From Octopus bimaculoides (Eukaryota), in assembly GCF_001194135.2 (NCBI RefSeq), contig NC_068992.1, positions 12,047,025 to 12,088,797 of the forward strand: a stretch of 41,773 nt of DNA. The letters are read 5' to 3'. Below are positions 37,380-41,773 of this stretch, piece after piece; within the stretch, counting starts at the first letter, position 1, and every line of letters begins with the position of its first letter. The notes under the pieces were generated by a model, which saw only the letters and a list, made by a program, of their open reading frames with translations, did not search any database and had not been told where the DNA came from. The translations under genes were made by a program, and so were the position numbers.

Positions 37380-37507
37380 GAAATCCACTCACAAGGCTTT
37401 GGTCGGCCCGAGGCTATAGTAGAAGACACTTGCCGAAAGTGCCACGCAGTGGGACTGAACCGGGAATCATGTGGTTGGTAAGCAAACTACTTAACTCACA
37501 GCCACTC
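37380..37507 (-). mobile_element. SINE family B 5' head fragment
   Basis: Reverse complement is closely similar to 25310-25430. Confidence 0.9.
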
Positions 37508-37785
37508 CTACACCTATCGTTAAATTTTTGAAAATATCTCCTTTTTCTTTCAGGTTTCATTTATTAGTCTCCCTTACACACATACATTTATGGATGTATA
37601 CTCGTCTATTTTTATGCGCGTCAGTATGCATGCATCTGTGCATAAATATATGTGTGTGTGTGTGTTTGTGTTTGTTTATACGAGTGTGTGCGCAGGGTGA
37701 GTGTGTGTGTGAAAGTATATATGTATCTGTTTCAAAAAAATTAAGGCCTCAGTCACTGCATAATTCAACATATATGATGATGATC

Positions 37786-37818
37786 ATCATCATCATCATC
37801 GTTTAACGTCCGCTTTCC
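37786..37818 (-). mobile_element. 3' tip of family E repeat
   Basis: (CAT)n then gtttaacgtccgctttccat. Confidence 0.45.
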
Positions 37819-38170
37819 ATATATTAATTCTAATCCTTGTCACTGAAGCATTTTGGGCAATTAAAGAAAATAAACACGCAAGATGTATTCTTTGATATCA
37901 TAATTAGATAGCAGAATTCTCCCCATTTTTAACACCTTTTTAGCCTTTTCTACAGTTATCCAATGCAATTTTTTTCCTATTTAAGTGAAATAACGAATTT
38001 GCTTATGTATTATATTTCTCCACTCGGTTCTGATTAAATGACTGCTGAAGGTGTTATGTTATACACATTGCACAATTCTCATGACTAATTCATTATTCTT
38101 ATCCATGTCTATAGACATGATGTTTGATTGGTTACATGAACGCTGTTGAAACAATTAGGTTTACACATGC

Positions 38171-38196
38171 ATGTTCACTCATGCATGAGTGAACAT
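38171..38196. repeat. Perfect 26-bp palindrome without a loop
   Basis: atgttcactcatg|catgagtgaacat. Confidence 0.98.
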
Positions 38197-38234
38197 TTTT
38201 ATAAACAAATTTAGAAGCGCCCAGTGAGTCGGTG

Positions 38235-38526
38235 TTTTACAGAAAATAAAGTAAAACTTGAAAGTAGGATAGCAGTGAAAAACAGCTTAGAAGATTGGGT
38301 GAAAAAAAACCACTTAGAAGAAGGAACGAGTTGCGAGCAGCCGGCTACAGAGAATGGAATCTTTTCCATGTCAGATACCACTCAGTCGGTATCTAAGAGG
38401 CACAGTGTTCCATTCACTGTAGCTACCGGCTGGAAACTTTTTCTGTATTCTAAAAGTATTTAGCCAATTTTCTAAGCTGTTTTCAAAACTAGCCTACTTT
38501 CAAGATTTACTTTATTTTCTGTAAAA
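38235..38526. repeat. ~292-bp fold-back element (MITE-like)
   Basis: The outer 36 bp of the arms are 34/36 complementary. Pairing continues with indels to 38359/38408. Inner hairpin agatacc (38373-38379) / ggtatct (38388-38394). Confidence 0.85.
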
Positions 38527-38617
38527 TATTTATGTATGTATGTATATGTGCATGTATATATACCCACACACACGCACTTTTTATATGTATAGATAATATT
38601 ATATATATATACATACA

Positions 38618-38900
38618 TAGACGGAAACTAAGAGAAGCCTGTCGTACATATATGTGTGTGTGTGTGTTTGTGTATGTATCGTTGAGCACGTGTCTGACCA
38701 ACCCCACCATCACTTGACAACCGATGTTGGTGTATTTACGTCCCCGTCACTTAACGGTTCGGCATAAAGGACCAGATAGAATAAGTGTTAGGCTTACAAA
38801 GAATAAGTCCCTTGAAGACCCTAAAACTCTTGAAAACCGTGCTCCAGCATGGCCGCAGTTAAATGACTGAAGGAAGTAAAAAAAATAGCAGAATAAAAGA
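38618..38900 (+). mobile_element. SINE family B, 5'-truncated diverged copy
   Basis: agacggaaact..gaagcctgtcgta, TG tract, cttgacaaccgatg.., and tail gtgctccagcatggccgcagttaaatgactgaa. Confidence 0.88.
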
Positions 38901-39335
38901 ATATATTGATTAGATGTGTGTGTGTGTGTGTGTGTGTTTGTGTGTGTCTGCGTATGTGTGTGTGTCTTCGTACGGGTGCGTGTTTGTTTTTGTGTGTGTG
39001 TGTTTGTCTATGTGTGTGTGTGTTTGTGTTTGTGTGCGTGTGCATGCTTGTGTTTGTGCGTGTATTTGTCCGTGTATTTGTGTGCTTGTGTGTGTCTGTG
39101 TGTTTTGTGTGTGTTTGCGTGTGTGTGGGTGTATGTGTGTTTGTGTTTGTGTGGGTGTGTGTGTGTGTGTGAGTAGTGGACAGGATATAGATAAGAATGA
39201 AGGATTTATGGACATTCAGCGGGAAAAGTTATTCAACAGCGAAGCAAAACATCTTATTTCATTGATGAAATTATTCAGTTGTATCAAATGTTATTGTTTC
39301 ACCTCCTCGTTCAACTAAAACATCTCTCGTTGTCG

Positions 39336-39513
39336 CCTCTCTTCTTCTTCTTCTTCTTCTTCTTCTTCTTCTTCTTCTTCTTCTTCTTCTTCTTCTTCTT
39401 CTTCTTCTTCTTCTTCTTCTTCTTCTTCTTCTTCTTCTTCTTCTTCTTCTTCTTCTTCTTCTTCTTCTTCTTCTTCTTCTTCTTCTTCTTCTTTTTCTCC
39501 TTCTTCTTCTCCT

Positions 39514-39561
<48 letters not shown>
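39336..39561. repeat. Uninterrupted 226-nt polypyrimidine tract: (CTT)~51 plus (CT)n
   Basis: No purine on the + strand between 39336 and 39561. Confidence 0.97.
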
Positions 39562-39563
<2 letters not shown>

Positions 39564-40606
39564 GCTTCCTGTTTTCCTGCTGTTACTGCCACCTCTATTC
39601 TACCACATCATCATCACCTCTACTACGACGCAACTGCTGCTGCTGCTGGTACTGCTACCACTATTATGTGAACAATACATTATTCGTTACACTTGTACGT
39701 TTGAATACCATCACCTGGTCAATGGGTGCCTTTAGCGAATTCCTGTCTGTTGGATCCTTTGGGACTAGGTCTCATTACTGACAATAACCTCCCCTCAATT
39801 CCCCACTCGTTTTAGAGTCCCTGAATAGTGTCATGTGAGTTTCACTTACTCTTCTGTTGCATCAATAACGAAAGGAAAAAAATAAATAAATAAAAAATCG
39901 ATATAACTATTGAAAAGGTTGCAAAAAGAAATAAGTGGATATTTTACCGGTGACTGTGTTAAATTATAAGGCATTAAAAGAGAATGATTCTCTCCAGACA
40001 CAGCAGAATATGGTTAAACACACGAACTCACATAAAGAATCTTGAAAACCAAATCCAAAAAATAAATATAACAAACGTTTCAATGACTTTAGTTCATTCG
40101 TGCTCGGTTATAGACTTTGAGGACAAGGCTAATGATCTGAGAGATGAGGTAGGCAATGAAATCGACCGCATTAGTTGACTGGTACATTATTATATTTACT
40201 CGACCCCTTAGATATAAAACGTAAACTTAACCTGGGCGATATTTGAACAGAGTAGAGAACCAGAAAAGAAAAAAAAAACAGCGCAAAGCATTTACCCCGA
40301 TGCTCTAAAGATTCTTGCAATTCCTCTCTCCTTTTCAAGTATCTAATACCTTATTCTTTAGATACAAGCTCAACAATTTTTGAGGGATTCAGTTTAATCA
40401 ATGAAATTGTCCCTAGTACTCATCGCTAACGTTATTTTATCGCTTATGTAGATGAGAAGGTTAAGGTAGATCTTCACCATATTTGAACTTAGAACGGAAA
40501 GAGCGAGAAAAAATACTGCAAAGCATTCTTCCGAAGAATTTCTAATATATCTGCCAACCCACCGCTCTTTTGCAGTGTCTAATAAATAACAGTTTCCAAA
40601 GTGATG

Positions 40607-40790
40607 AGCTGACGTCGGGTAAACTGCTTAGAAGTATTTCGTCCGTCTTTATGTTCTGAGTTCAAACTCTTTGCCTTTCATACTTTCGGGGCCGATAAAG
40701 TAAGTCCCAGGTGAACACTGGGGTCGATGTAATCGACTCATCTCTTCTCCCGAATTTGCTGGCCTTGTGCCAAAATTTGAAATCAATAAG
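40607..40790 (+). mobile_element. SINE family C copy (left member of inverted pair)
   Basis: gttctgagttcaaa, ttgcctttca, ggggtcgatgtaatcgact, tail ggccttgtgccaaaatttgaaa. Confidence 0.85.
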
Positions 40791-40829
40791 TAACTGTTTC
40801 TGATTTGGACACACTATATGCACATCTCA

Positions 40830-40975
40830 AGAGGAGGAATGAGTCGATTACATCGGCCCCAGTGTTCACCTGGGACTTACTTTATTTCCTCGACCCCAAA
40901 TGGATAAAAGGCAAATTTGGCCTCTGTGAGATCTGAACTCAGAACGTAAAGAACTAGCAGTCATAAGGTATTTTT
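40830..40975 (-). mobile_element. SINE family C copy (right member of inverted pair)
   Basis: Reverse complement of the family C body; tgaactcagaacgtaaag. Confidence 0.8.
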
Positions 40976-41074
40976 CTGACTCTCAAATGATTCAGCCAAT
41001 TCACCTCTTATAATGTCTACTAACGGTTTCCCATTCGAACACGCGCCTATTAATTTGAAAGAAAGGAATTTATT

Positions 41075-41195
41075 GATAGCATCGACTCTAGTACTTGACT
41101 GAGACTTCATCAACCCAAGATGGATGAAAGCCAAACTTGACCATGGTAGGATTTGAATTCAGACCGTTAAAAGTCGAGAAGAAATCTGGAAAGCG
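41075..41195 (-). mobile_element. Degenerate SINE family C copy
   Basis: atcgactctagtac..ggatgaaagccaaacttgacc..ggatttgaattcaga. Confidence 0.5.
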
Positions 41196-41280
41196 ATTTT
41201 TTTTTCTCTTTAAGCTCACCGCAGTTTTACAGTATTTAATAGTCTTTACTATTATACATTTATACATTGTTACAAAGAAG

Positions 41281-41467
41281 CTGGCGAGCAGGCAGAGTCG
41301 TTAGCACACCGGGCGAAATTCTTAGCGGTGTTTCGTCTGCCTTTAAGTTCCAATTCCGCCGAGGTCAACTTTGCCTTTCACGGTTGATAAATTAAATACC
41401 AGTGAATCACTGCGGTTGATGTAATCTACTAGTCCTCCTCCCCCAAATTTCAGGCTTTGTTCCTGTA
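41281..41467 (+). mobile_element. SINE family C copy with truncated tail
   Basis: ggcgagcaggcagagtcgttagcacaccgggcgaaa..aattccgccgaggtcaactttgcctttca..ccccaaatttcaggc. Confidence 0.85.
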
Positions 41468-41470
41468 TTT

Positions 41471-41773
41471 TGTTGTTGGCACTCCGTCGCTTACGACGTC
41501 GAGGGTTCCACTTGCTCCGATCAACGGAACAGCCTGCTCGTGAAATTAACGTGCAAGTGGCTGAGCACTCCACAGACACGTGTACCCTTAACGTAGTTGT
41601 CGGGGATATTCAGCGTGACACAGTGTGACAAGGCTGACCTTTTGAATTACAGGCACAACAGAAACAGGAAGTAAAAGTGAGAGAAAGTTGTGGTGGAAGA
41701 GTACAGCAGGGTTCGCCACCATCCCCTGCCGGAGCATCGTGGAACTTTTAGGTGTTTTCGCTCAATAAACACT
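41471..41773 (-). mobile_element. SINE family A copy, runs off the window end
   Basis: Closely similar to 29135-29440 in the same orientation. Confidence 0.93.

Noticed and set aside
39279-39671. 130-aa poly-Phe ORF, and similar poly-Ile/Met/Leu ORFs (36422-36749, 28687-28981)
   Set aside because: These are translations of trinucleotide microsatellites with no other coding signal.

Overview
Eukaryotic, AT-rich, gapped draft-assembly window (8 N-gaps) with no protein-coding gene, rRNA, tRNA or CRISPR array that I can support. It is saturated with microsatellites and decayed transposable elements. The repeat style resembles a coleoid cephalopod (Octopus-like) genome; this is an inference, not verified. 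Contents: tRNA-headed SINE families labelled here A-D, a (GAT)n-tailed repeat E, two CR1-group LINE ORF2 remnants, one RTE-clade LINE remnant, one restriction-like-endonuclease (R2-superfamily) LINE 3' fragment, two mariner remnants, a Penelope-type minimal hammerhead-like motif and several fold-back palindromes. Nearly all ORF-track entries are microsatellite or N-gap artefacts. I found no convincing novel gene system. The best leads are RNA-structure and TE-biology signals. (1) SINE-B shares a 3' tail with the CR1-type LINEs, and the terminal stem-loop is kept by compensatory changes. (2) A 167-bp palindrome has strand-biased wobble mismatches. (3) A hammerhead-like motif lies at 7884-7913. 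(4) An inverted SINE pair has a locally homogenised 47-bp core. (5) One SINE has a perfect 21-bp target-site duplication. All alignments were done by eye.
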